Of a DNA stretch of 64,000 bases, positions 25,067 through 36,987 are shown one piece after another. Both the position numbers and the translations under genes were made by a program. The first letter of the stretch is position 1; every line of letters starts with the position of its first letter. Source of the DNA: Asterias rubens (Eukaryota); NCBI RefSeq assembly GCF_902459465.1, contig NC_047066.1:1178001-1242000 (forward strand). The letters run 5' to 3'. Under the pieces are notes generated by a model. That model saw only the letters and a program-made list of their open reading frames with translations, was not told the origin of the DNA and did not search any database.

Positions 25067-28000
25067 ATGGCGGGGCAATGTTGTGGACGCCCCAAGCTGT
25101 CCGATTTCGGACTCAACACCGATGACCCAAGTGTGTTTTCCCGTGCTCAGGTAAGATTGTCACCGATGTGGTCACTGTTTGGAACTATAAACAACGCAAT
25201 TTTAACAACGCTCATTGGATCCTTGGATTTATTCGATGTTTGGAACTATAAACAACGCAATTTTAACAACGCTCATTGGATCCTTGGATTTATTCGATTG
25301 TGGAATCAAATGACTTGCGTTTTAGAAGAAGTGCTTTGTAGGTCATGAACCATTTTAGATAAAAGTAATTTTTAAAAGGAAAATATTTGGGTCGAACCGT
25401 CACCGTTGGCCTTTATATATGCGGTATTGTGGCCACTCATAGGGGTGCACTGATTGGTTTGGGTGTCTATATACAAACAAATTTACCCAAACCAAATAGT
25501 GACAATTATGTCCACCATATCTCAAAATGGCTTATTGTACCATGGAGCTATACCCAGTTGAACCGTCCCCATTATAGCTCATGAAAACAGTTTTTGGCCG
25601 GGAGAATAATCAAGAGATACATGTGGGGAGGTTTGTAAAAACATAAGAAATATTAACATTTGGGGTGCACCCCACAATGTTTTGTAAATGGAAAAAATTA
25701 AACAATGGGATCACAACACCTCGGGAAAGCCCACAATGTTGCTCTATAACTAAACATGTTAGCACCATCGATCAGTATTGGCCCATCGATCGACCTATAG
25801 TCAAGTTGTCTCGGTCAATGGAGTATACAGGACAGTCCTATAATCTCTGCTTAGCCTAAACATTTCCATACTTCAATCATGACTCACAGTTCTTTGAGTA
25901 ATTTTTTGTTGTTGAAAACACCCAAACGAAAAAATCTTGGTCACAATTTGTCTTCATTCCACATTGAGTGTAACTATGGGAAACTCGTGCGTCACTGACT
26001 TTTTTTACCAAAAGTCTTACCAACTATAGACAACCGAGGTTATCTGGTAGCTAGAGGCAGTTCGAATCCATGTTTTGGCAGCGGGTACCGCAACGATAGA
26101 ATAGATGTTAAATTATCGGGGATAAAGAATATTAATTTTGTTTTTTACCCATACACCGATGTGTGTTAGCACCGTATACTCAGTACAGTGCTAACACACA
26201 TCGGTGTATGGGTAAAAACCGAAATTTCATCCCCGATGCAATTTTAACATCTATTCTTTGCAGAAGTAGTTTACTAATTGTTCTTGATGTAGGCTTTTTT
26301 AGAACTTGGTTATCTTCATATACATGAATCCTTTATTAACTTGATATGATGTCAGTCTGCCTTGAAGCTTGAATGACCCAAATTTAGCTGCAAGTGACGT
26401 GTTAAAACAGGCAGGAGTAATGTCTAAATTACACCATTTCAAACCTTTAACTATGGTTCACCATTTCAATGACGACAGCTATATATAAGCCTAAGCCTAA
26501 TGTGTGGACTGCCAAAGAAACAGGGGCAAATCTTTTGCACAGTTTGATCGTGATTATAAATCGCAAAATCAAGGCCTCTTCAGCCTCTTTCCAACCACTC
26601 CAGAAAACGGCCTACAGTAACCACGGCCTTGGGATGTTCCTAAGTTTCGACACAGATCATACTATTTTGTCTAACCCAATTATTTATAGGCTTACCCTAA
26701 CCTTAACCCCAACCCTAACCCCTAACCCCAACCCGTACCACAACCCTAACCCCCAACCCTAACCCCCAACCCTAACCCCATACCCTTACCCCACCCCTAA
26801 CCCTTACCACAACCATTACCCCAGCCCCAACCCTAACCCCAAAACTGTTTTCGGTACAGGGTTGCCCGAATAATATATAGAGGTGACAGAATAAAGATCA
26901 GAGATCCCCAAGGAATGCACATTCATTGAGTGACAAACCCTAACAATCAACCCAGCTCTAAAATTAGGTCTGCGTCCCAGTTCGTATAATTATTTTGACA
27001 AGAGTCGGCCATCATGCAATACATTGCGCTTGAAACAGTGTTTTGGGATATCCTGTCCTATGAACACACAATATAGAGGTCACGGTCAGGTAGTCAGGTA
27101 CCACCCATTTTAACAATAGACCTATTGAAAATGTGGGTTATGTAAAGGGAACTGACCCATAGCAATTGTATTATCAGCATGTTATTTACACGCAGCTTTG
27201 TTTGTCCTTGTACACAAAATCAAATTTAATTTTTAATAAAGAAGGAACTCAACAATAATTTTGATAACAACATTACGCAAACTAAAGAATCACCTGAAAC
27301 GCACGGCTAAAAAGCAAATGCATTCAAAACTAAACCTTATTAGTATAAACCGTTATTTTTTGATGTTGTAAAATAAATTAACGGGAATTTTGTTTTATGT
27401 TCTTGTTATTGTTGAAATGTTTCAACAGTTTGCCTCCATTTCGTCTCCTTGCCTGCCATGTTGGCAATAGTAATAATACAACATAGACGCAGTTCAGTCT
27501 TCATGTTTCATGTTTAATAATCACACATCACGATGAAACAACAAACCTTTGGGATATGGGAAATGTGAGCTTAATTTTGGTTGTAACAAACTAAATCAAC
27601 TATTGAGTTTTCCAGGTTTGCAGATTCATTTTTCTCGAGTATGTCTTCATTTTGAGGGATATTTAATTGAACTAGGCCTATTATATTCTCCTCCTTCCCT
27701 TAGCTACCAGACTAAAATCCTTTACCAATTCTGTATAATGATTCCAACGCCCTTTTGTGTATGTTTACTTTTACGGTGTATTATTTACTTTTTTGTTGAT
27801 GTTTACATTTGACAGTATGAGAAGATTCCTAAGATATTGTTCATCATCTACCGTGTGGTCATCGCTCTCTACATCTTCGGTATCACTGTGGCGTATCTGA
27901 TCAACCAAATCGAATTCTTTGGCGGGGTTTTGTTCGTATATCTGACCAACCTCGGATTCTTTGTCTTCTTCTTTTATCTTGTAATGGCTGCTGTAACGGC

Positions 28001-29860
28001 CGTAGCAGATACATGGATTTTACGGACCCGAACTATTGAAGGTAGGTTTATTTTGTCCCCCCATTATATTAATCATAATTCGCTTACAGTGCTATGCACA
28101 GAACAGAACTGGGAAACTGGGCCCGGTGCGTGCCAATAGACCTTTGTCATGATCGATATCTCCATCTTGGTCATGTTCCTCATACCAAATAACAATAATT
28201 TATGATAATAATCAATTGGCAAATAGGAACCAGACTATTTTGTTCTTTCAGCCTCGGTTTGGTTACATTGATATCAATGGGAGAAATTCAAGATGGCTGC
28301 ACCATGATAATTATAAAGGTCTATTGTACCGAGTAACTAAATTTTCTTACCGAGCCACGCCCCACGACATTAGCAGATTAAGGAGAATGGACGAGAAAGT
28401 GGCCTAGATTCGTGGATAGAATATACGAGCCGGATTGTGTAATTCTACAGCGTCTTAAAGACCTATGTATTATTAAGTGAATTTTATTGCAATAATGTGC
28501 GCCCTCTGATTGGTTATTAGCCCATTGCAGGAAGCATACCTATGTCATAGGGAAGTCTTTCCCCGAAGAGTTTGTCCCCGTGAAAAACTGGGCTGATAAA
28601 GGAGGATGATTCAAAAGAGGGCGCTATCAAAAAGTATCTTTACACATTTCACCGTACGGGGAACAGAATTTCACGGGGTGGTATTAGGTACAAAATAGCC
28701 ATACACCATGATGTACATTGACCATCAGAAAATAATTTTGTTTAATTTATACCACATCTATGGCCCAATTTCATAGAGCTGTTTAAGCAGGAAACATTGT
28801 TTAGCAGAAATGAACAGGATACCAGTCACAAATTGTACATGCGACATATTAATTGGCAGGTAACCTTATTCCGGTAAGCATATGTGTTGTGCTTAGCTAC
28901 TTTTTGTGCCCTATAATTTCATTAATATTGGTAAAGCAGTTATACAAGACAGTGGACTTTATTGGTTATTGTCAAAGACCAGTCTTCTCACTAGGTGTAT
29001 CTCAACATATGCATAAAATAACAAACCTGTGAAAATTTTAGCTCAATCAGTCATCGAAGTTGCGAGATAATAATGAAAGAAAAAACACCCTTGTCACACG
29101 AAGTCGTGTGCTTTCAGATGCTTGATTTCGAAACTTCAAATTCTAAACTCTTGAGGTCTCGAAATCAAACTCATGGAAAATTACTTCATTCTCGAAAACT
29201 ACGTTACTTCAGAGGGAGCCGTTTCTCACTATGTTTCATACTATCAACCTGTCCCCATTACTCGTTGCCAAGAAAGTTGTTATGCTAATATATATTTTGA
29301 GACCAATAGTGTCCACTGCCTTTAAGAATCAACTAAATCACCATTTTGTCTTTGTTTTCTTGCTACACCCAGAAGTTGGAATTCGCCACAAGATCCAATG
29401 TTTACTCTTCAATATCACATTGAATGTTAACATCATCGTCACTCTCATCTACTGGAGCTTTCTGTACGATCCAAGTGTCTCATTCTTCTATGACTTTCAC
29501 GTGCATTCATTCACCACCATCGTTTCCCTTCTCGATTTGTTCCTGACTGCCATGCCGGTACGGTTCCTGCACTTAATCTACCCGATGGGATTTGGTATCG
29601 CGTACCTGATAATGACTCTGATCTACTGGGGAGCAGGTGGGGTGACCAGACTAGGGGACTACATCTATTCGTTCATTAATTATACCGAAAGCCCAGGGCT
29701 TGCTGCTGGGGTGGCTTGTGGTGTACTTATAGGTGTGGTTCTCGTTCAGCTGTTAGTCTGGGGCTTGTACAAGCTACGAATGTGGATGTGGGTTAGGTGT
29801 AGTGGGGATGGGAGGATCGTTCAGTCGGAGGACCCAGGCAAGATGGAGGAAGGGTTGTAA
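25067..29860 (+). CDS. rost: Rolling stone-like protein 3; exons 25067-25150, 27816-28041, 29373-29860; 265 aa
   Basis: MAGQCCGRPKLSDFG...RAQ|GTAAG; IIYRVVIALY and YLTNLG; VTLIYW, HSFT and DLFLTAMPVRFLHLIYP. 84+226+488 = 798 nt, in frame. Confidence 0.9.
25176..25297. repeat. Perfect tandem duplication, 2 x 61 bp
   Basis: tgtttggaactataaacaacgc...ggatttattcga at 25176 and 25237. Confidence 0.95.
26695..26840. repeat. Degenerate (CCCTAA)n telomere-like tract
   Basis: ccctaaccttaaccccaaccctaacccctaacccc...ccctaacccc, inside rost-3 intron 1. Confidence 0.85.
28948..29325. mobile_element. TTAA MITE family A copy just upstream of rost-3 exon 3
   Basis: gacagtggactttattgg...ccaatagtgtccactgcctttaa. 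It explains the spurious N-terminus of ORF 29231. Confidence 0.8.
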
Positions 29861-31973
29861 CTTGAAGGTGCACCCGACTAAATAAACTCACATAAAAGTG
29901 CAGTGATTAGTGCTTATTGTTACACGAAAAACAAAGCTAATTTTAAATCTCACAGCTTTTTACAGAAATGGGGAAATAAAACATTGGCTCTTGAATGTTT
30001 TTCCTCTACTTAAGTTGATGATAGTGAGTCTCAGGGCCTGTCGAGTTACTCTCCTTCCAGATAGACACCACCCTAAACCTTTGTAAGCTTCGAGAAGTCC
30101 GAGCATCAATCTTGAACAAAATAATGTCTTCACCTCTCGGTAAATAGGACCACTTATTGTTGGGCCTTTGCCAACCAAAATACCTCAAGTTAAAATTGAA
30201 CAATCTCAGGTTGATGGACACCGTTTTTACACTATTCTGTCTGTCCAGCGATGTGGTTGGTACCGGCGCCATCACCTCGCTAAACCGGATGGATTCAAAC
30301 TTCTTGATGAAAATTCCTCGATTTTCTTTTATATATTTTCCCCAAAGTAGACACTGATGATCTGATGTTCAGAGCTGACTTGTTTTACTGAATCTTTATT
30401 GATGGCCTATAAATCAGCATTAGGCCTACGTATAGACAAAACAAATATGGATAACCCCACCTTTTAGATTGATTAAACCATAGAGCAAGGAAGCTCAATG
30501 ATTAAACGACAACCAAATAAAGATTGAAGGACCATGATATGAGGCGTCCAACATGGGATAATTATAGATTGAAGTCATGGCCGGCCCAGTAAAATTCTAC
30601 CTCAGTTTACATGTAATATAAAGTTTGCAGTCCACAAGACTTATTTTAACTGTTATTATCTCACAGTAAACTACGTGTCGAACCATAGAGCAAGGACTGG
30701 TCCTTGCTCTGTGGTCAAACAAACAATTTAATCAACGTTCATATTTTTTTTCTCAGAGCGATTCACGAACTTCAATAAAACATGTTACATTTTTATGAAC
30801 AATAAAGACTATCCCACTGGCTTAATTTTGTGTTAGAAATTATAAGTGTCTGTCAGTACTACGGGGAGCAGCAAAAAGTAATGGATGAAACTGATGTTTG
30901 TGTCAACGCGTAAAGCTTGTATATGCGCATACAACCGTGGACCTCCTTATGTTGTCCCTCTATTGTTTATGCATGTACTCCCTACTTTTTTTGCAACAGC
31001 TTCAATTGGTTATTTTACATATGGGGGTGGGGGAGGGAAAATCTCCTGCCCCACCGCACTGTCCTATTTAAAAAGAACGAACAACAAAAATACACAAGCC
31101 GAATCGAATTTACGTCAAACAAAATCTCCTGAATTAAATCTCCTGAAATTTTAATGCCCAATACGTATAATACAAATAATATACTTAACATAGTCACTTT
31201 CCTGAAGGGCGAAACGTTAGCATAACACGAAACTGACCATACACAAGTTTACACTTTTACCCGATTCAAAAGTAGCCCTGAAAATACAAATATTTCTCCA
31301 ATAAAACAGGGAGCTCTGGAAATGTATTCCTCACAGATAAATATTATTGAGAAGAAATAGAGAGAAATGCTAAAAAAAATTATGTGCTCCCTTTTGCTAA
31401 ATTAAAAGGAAGGGAGTGAGTCTAACGATCGGGACCACAAATACAATTTTTTTATATAACAAAATGCTAGTCATAAAATCCTGAACACTGAGGGCACATT
31501 TTGGTTCATGACAGTAAAATTTACAGACGAGTCTGAGCGCAAAAAACGGTAACAATGTATCTTTGCTGGAATGAAGTTTCAAAATGTGTTCTGGAAATTG
31601 AGTTCACATGAGAAGAAACAGATTTTAGTTTTGAAATTCCCTTCTCCGTTGTATTCCAGAAAGATTCGAGAAAAGCTATAGTGACGTCATCACTCATGTG
31701 ACGTCATTAATGGGACTCCATTTTGTAAAGCCGCTTTGTGTGAAAAAGCTAAGCAACATCCATCCCACAAAGAATTGGTATTACCGCACGCCGAAAACGG
31801 AAGAAGTGTCTTAGTCAGTTTTGGTTTGTGCCTAATTTTTTGATCGATGACAGGTGAGAAAATTATCAAAAATACTATTAAAATACACTAAAAAGAGTTT
31901 AAATAGCATTCCTTTTAACCAAATTCTCGCTCATCGCTGATTCAATGGACGGTTTGGATAGTACTCTTAAAAA

Positions 31974-32204
31974 TAAAGGGTCACGTTGCCTTTGATCGGA
32001 CGAGTTGGACTATGGAAAGCGTTTGAAAACCATTTGTTATAAAATGTGTATGGTTAAAAAGATGTTTTATAAAAGTAACTCATGATCCACACAAATATAT
32101 TCTACTTTTAAAACATCCTTCTAACCAAATCGATTTCATAACAAAAGGTTTCAAACTCGTTTAATGAACCAACTCGCCCGATCAAAGGCGACGTTTCCCT
32201 TTAA
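31974..32204. mobile_element. Internally deleted family D-like MITE
   Basis: aaagggtcacgttgcctttgatcgg...ccgatcaaaggcgacgtttccctttaa. Confidence 0.72.
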
Positions 32205-32437
32205 TGGGAACACAAATATTTGATTAGAAGCCTACAACAGCTTTAATTAGTATCATTCATTTTTGAGAATCATCTCACTTCGAATGCAAGTGGCTATACA
32301 AAAAACCGTTTTAAGAACAATCGAATCAAAAACCAAAGTGGACTTGTCCTTTAAGTCCAATTAAAGTTGCAACAATAAAGCAACATCCCACAGATGTCAA
32401 CGAATTGTTATTTTTGAGGACCGCCTACGGAAAAAGA

Positions 32438-33373
32438 TTAAAGGCAGTGGACACTATTGGTAATCTAATCATCAAAATAATTATTAGCATAAAACCTTAC
32501 TTGGTAACAAGTAATTGGGAGAGGTTGGTAGTATAAAACATTGTGAGAAACGGCTCCCTTTTAAGTGGAGTAGTTTTCGAGAATGAAGTAATTTTTCACG
32601 AATTTGATTTCGAGATCAAGCATCTGAACGCACACAACTCCGCGTGACAAGGGTGTTTTTTATTTCATTATTATCTCGCAACTTCGACGACTGATTGAGC
32701 TCAAATCTTTACAGGTTTGTTATTTTATGCATGTGTTGAGATACACCAAGTGAGTAGATAGTGTCCAGTCCAATGTCGTTAAATGATGCACAAACACAAT
32801 ACAATGTAACAACAGTTATCTGCGTGGTGCTATTTGAAACACTGCTTCTTTTAAAAACATTTGACACCTTTGGTAATATTGTCAAAGACCAGTCTTCTCA
32901 CTTGGTGTATCTCAACATAAGCATAAAATAACAAATCTGTGAACATTTGAGCTCAATTGGTCGCCAAAGTTGCTGGACACTGGACACTATTGGTAATTGT
33001 CAAAGACCAGTCTTCTCACTTGGTGTATCTCAACATAAGCATAAAATAACAAATCTGTGAACGTTTGAGCTCAATTGGTCGTCGAAGTTGCGAGATAATA
33101 ATGAAATAAAAGACACCCTTGTCACAAGAAGTTGTGTGCTTTCAGATGCTTGATTTCGGGATCTCAAAATCTAATCATGAGGTCTCGAAATCAAATTCAA
33201 ATAAAATATGTTAGTGAGAAATTACTTCTTTCTCGAAAACTACGTTACTTCAGAGGGAGCAGTTTCTCACAATGTTTTATACTATCAACAGCTCCACATT
33301 ACTCGTTACCAAGTAAGTTTTTATGCTAACAATTATTTTGAGTAATTACCGAAAGTGCCTACTGTGCCTTTAA
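32438..33373. mobile_element. Cluster of family A MITEs immediately 3' of the PTCHD3-like stop (32438-32775; 32855-32975 partial; 32976-33373)
   Basis: Three family A segments. The ~110-bp block gtcaaagaccagtcttctcacttggtgtatctcaacataagc... is repeated in tandem at ~32881 and ~33000. Confidence 0.78.
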
Positions 33374-33406
33374 TAAATGGATGACAAGTTTTATAAAAAT
33401 CATGTC

Positions 33407-36400
33407 CTACATAGATTTGGTGAACGTGTGCTGAGGCATTTCGATTACGTCATTTCTAGTGTCAGGCAACACGCTAAATGGATAACCTTCGCCGCCAGTT
33501 TTATCGACGCTTTCTGGTTCTTTTCGGATCTTTGCTGGGATTAAGAGCATCAGAAAGACTGGGATGAAGAGGATCCCATGCAAGGTACCTAATGAAATCA
33601 CTAGAAACATTGTCTTGAAGAATGTCCGGAAGATGTAAGTGTCTGAGAAGGCGAGGATTAAGATGCCTAGAATAGTGGAGAGGGATCCCTGCACGATTGG
33701 CATACCGAGGGAGTAGAGGGCGTGGATGGCGTTCTCACGACGTGAGCCTTGATTCCCTGATACGTAGGCGTAGCTAATGTGTGCGGAGAAGTCCACACTG
33801 AAACCTATGCAGATAATGAGGTTTGTCATGGAGATGTTATCGAGGTTCACATCCCAGTGGGTCATGAACCCAATCACCCCAGTCACGATGGATGTTAGGG
33901 AAAGAGTGACGAGGATAGAACAGATTGGGTTTGGGATCATCAGCAGAGAAACAATCAACATGGCGCCTACGGCGATACCAAGGTTCTGCATCGTGTTCGG
34001 GAAGATGGCGATAAACTGATCGAAGAAAATGAAGGTAGGATGGTAGACAATGGCTGGGAGCTCAGAACCTTCGGCTATGGTTCTCAAATCTGTCATCATG
34101 GTGCTCTCTTTAGTTGTGGAATCCAAGTCTTTGGTGGTAACAAAAAATCTGGAAATCTCGATACTTAGGCCATCGTCACTGAAAACGATGTCAGGGGAGT
34201 ACCGTTCAAAGGCGGGGAGTTTGAGGAAATGATTCCGTAGAGTATCTACAAACTGGGCTTGGGTTGGATCCCTCAGGTCAATCAATTCAAGGTAGGCTCG
34301 GTAATCACGAAGCCAAGATACAGAAAGACCCTCAGTTTTGTTGTAGACATATTCACTGTCCTCAATACTAACTAAGGTTGTCTCCATTATATCTTGAATG
34401 CTTGGGTGCCACATATCTCTGGGCTCAGTGAACATTAATGCAATTTGTGGACCGTAGGACGTAAAGTAAGCACGGGCGTCGTCTTTATAGTTGGCCGCGT
34501 AAGAGTTATCCCGTGCAAGATTCCGTAGGCTCAGACCCATTTGAAGCTGTGTGCATCCATACATGGCGGTAGCCAAGTACCCAGCGTACAGCACGACAGT
34601 GAACACCGCCATCAACGGTCTTGTGATGAAAGGCCCGTAGTACTTCTTGAAGAATATCATCAAGGCATGATCATTGGTCTCTTCGACGCTGATGACAGAA
34701 CGGTCCTTGGATGCACCACCTGCGCAAAATAAGGTGTATGCCTTAGACCCTGACTCCTCCTTAGATCGCACCTTATTACACGACAAGCAGTGTCTGTTAG
34801 CTGCCTCCCGCCTACCAGTCAGCACCATGCACGCACCGAAGAATGTTAGCTGATACAGGTAGTCAACCAGCACTGCTGACCCCAAATACAAGCAGAAAAT
34901 GCGTACGGACTGGAAGTAGGTAATGGTCCCAACTCCAAATGCCAACGCGTCAGTTACGGACGTGATCGTGATGGACATAGCGGCCTCTGAGAAGGCTTCG
35001 CGCATGCGTCCTTCTACTGAAAGTCTAGTGTCAGTTTTTCGCCAAGCAGCAACCATGATGAACATGTCATCCACACCAATACCTGCAAAGTTAAAGCAAA
35101 GGTCAGTTTAACATTACATTAACTTCATGCTTGTATATTTTCTTAAATCCTCGAGTGCGTAAGAATCACGTGACGTTGTAGAACCTTGGCATTTGAGATC
35201 TAAATATACTAGCAAGATACAGAGGAATAAACTTAGCAACTCATTTGTGAATAATTATAATTTTCGATTAATAATTGGGCATGGATAGTGGCAAAGGTTC
35301 CGAGTAGGGGATGCCATCACTTTCAGCCCACTCTTGATACAACACCGATTGTGACCAGAGGTAGCTCTATTAATTCTCACTTCCTTATTCTGCTATAGAA
35401 CAACCTTTACTTAAATGATGTTTGAAGCTTTGCAAGGTGTGAATGATAAGAGTTAAATGCAGTGGACACTATTGGTAATTACTCAAAATAATCATTTGCG
35501 TAAAACCTTTCTTAGTGACGAGTAATGAGGAGAGGTTGATGGTGTTAAACATTGTGAGAAATGGCTCCCTCTGAAGTGACATAGTTTTCGATTTCGAAAA
35601 AGAAGTAATTTTCCACGAATTTGATTTCAAGACCTCGAGTTTAGAACTTGAGGTCTCGAAATCAACTATCTAAACGCACATAACTTCGTGTGACAAGGGT
35701 ATTTTTTCTTTCATTATTATCTCGCAAGTTCGATGACCGATTGAGCTCAAATTTTCACAGGTTTGTTTTTTATGCATATGTTGAGATACACCAACTGTGA
35801 AGGCTAGTCTTTGACAGTTACCAATAGTGTCCACTGCCTTTAACTACATTAATAATAGTAAACTTGCGGGTACAACCATGTATTAAATCTCATTTGAGGG
35901 AGTGTTGGCTCTGAAAAGAGCCAGTTTGGTCTCGACGTTTCGAACTGTATACATGTACTCTGCTCGTCTTAAGGAGAAAAGTGTGAAACTTTGACTTACC
36001 AAGGATAAGGAAAGGCGCAGCGCCAACAATGTTGGCGTAAGGTACACCGATGTAGCTCATGAGACCGAACGAAGATACCAGCGATAAGCACGCTGATAAG
36101 ACGCCACATGCAGCTAGGCACGGCTTGCTCCTAACCCAGTCAAACATCATACAACTCAAGATGGTGAAAAATATGAAGACAGAAAAGGTGATCGAGAAAT
36201 CCCTGATAAGGTTGGCACTAGCTGCTGTCAGCTCATCTTCAAGAGACGTAGAGACGAAACGGGTTACTTGTATCCCAGCTGGCTTGAATGCAGATACGAC
36301 GTCAATGAAGATCTTTTCCCACATTGCTCCCCGAAGATCGTCTGCTGTCTCCTCATATAGTAAGAGGTAAGACAGCAGGACAGCTTCTCCCGACAGTACC

Positions 36401-36987
36401 TCATCAGAGGAGCTAGAATTGAAGGTAACGCCTCCAAGTCCTCCGCCAAGAAAGAAAACTGTGTCTGCAGTTGGTCTGTGAAGAGGGTAGGTGAGAGTGG
36501 TCACCGGAACATTCGACGAGTTATACCCGTACACAGCCAGCAGAGCATTCTCGTTGCATACACCATCTATCTTGATACAAAGATCAAGAAACGTGTACTC
36601 AGTGTCATTTTGAAAGACGCTAATGTTCATGATCATATCGTGTAGATTTATCATTTCTTGAACTGCACTTTCGGTCAGGACGTTCCCGCCATTTTCCATC
36701 CGAATGATAGCGTTGCCATACCGTGTCACACTTCCAGCCAACGGGTCGTCCTTACCGTTCTGAGCGAATAGATTTTCCACCGTTGCCCGATCCGTTTTGG
36801 CCTGACCGTTCTCCGGAGTGTATAACGCCTCTACGTTCTGTTCCTCGGTCAAGAAAACGATACCAGCTCCAAGTGCTCCTGCTAAAAGCACGGGCAAAAT
36901 TAAGAAGGGAAACGGATGCCTGGCGATGAAGCCTCCATAATTGAAAAAACATAACCTTATAGCCTTTTCAATGCAATCGAACGCCAT
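33407..36987 (-). CDS. PTCHD3: Patched domain-containing protein (PTCHD3-like; RND-fold, sterol-sensing domain); exons 36987-36000 and 35082-33407; 887 aa
   Basis: N-terminal IARHPFPFLILPVLL and LYTPENG...DR. The phase-1 splice rebuilds the SSD motif PFLILG|IGVDDMFIM. The second half carries GFSVDFSAHISYAY and TFFKTMFLVISLGTLHGILFIPV. 988+1676 = 2664 nt, in frame. Family-level call; exact orthology untested. Confidence 0.92.
35453..35843. mobile_element. TTAA MITE family A copy in the PTCHD3-like intron
   Basis: Same TIRs and interior (cattgtgagaaatggctccctctgaag...cacaggtttg) in opposite orientation to 48053; TTAA at both ends. Confidence 0.85.

Noticed and set aside
31682-31706. Twin TGACGTCA sites as a dedicated enhancer
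   Set aside because: The same palindrome recurs inside several repeats in this window, and nothing else supports function here.
33777-36952. Short ORFs overlapping the PTCHD3-like exons (33777, 34050, 34541, 34923, 36059, 36264, 36723, 36752)
   Set aside because: Antisense or alternate-frame shadows of a long GC-richer coding sequence, with no independent motifs.
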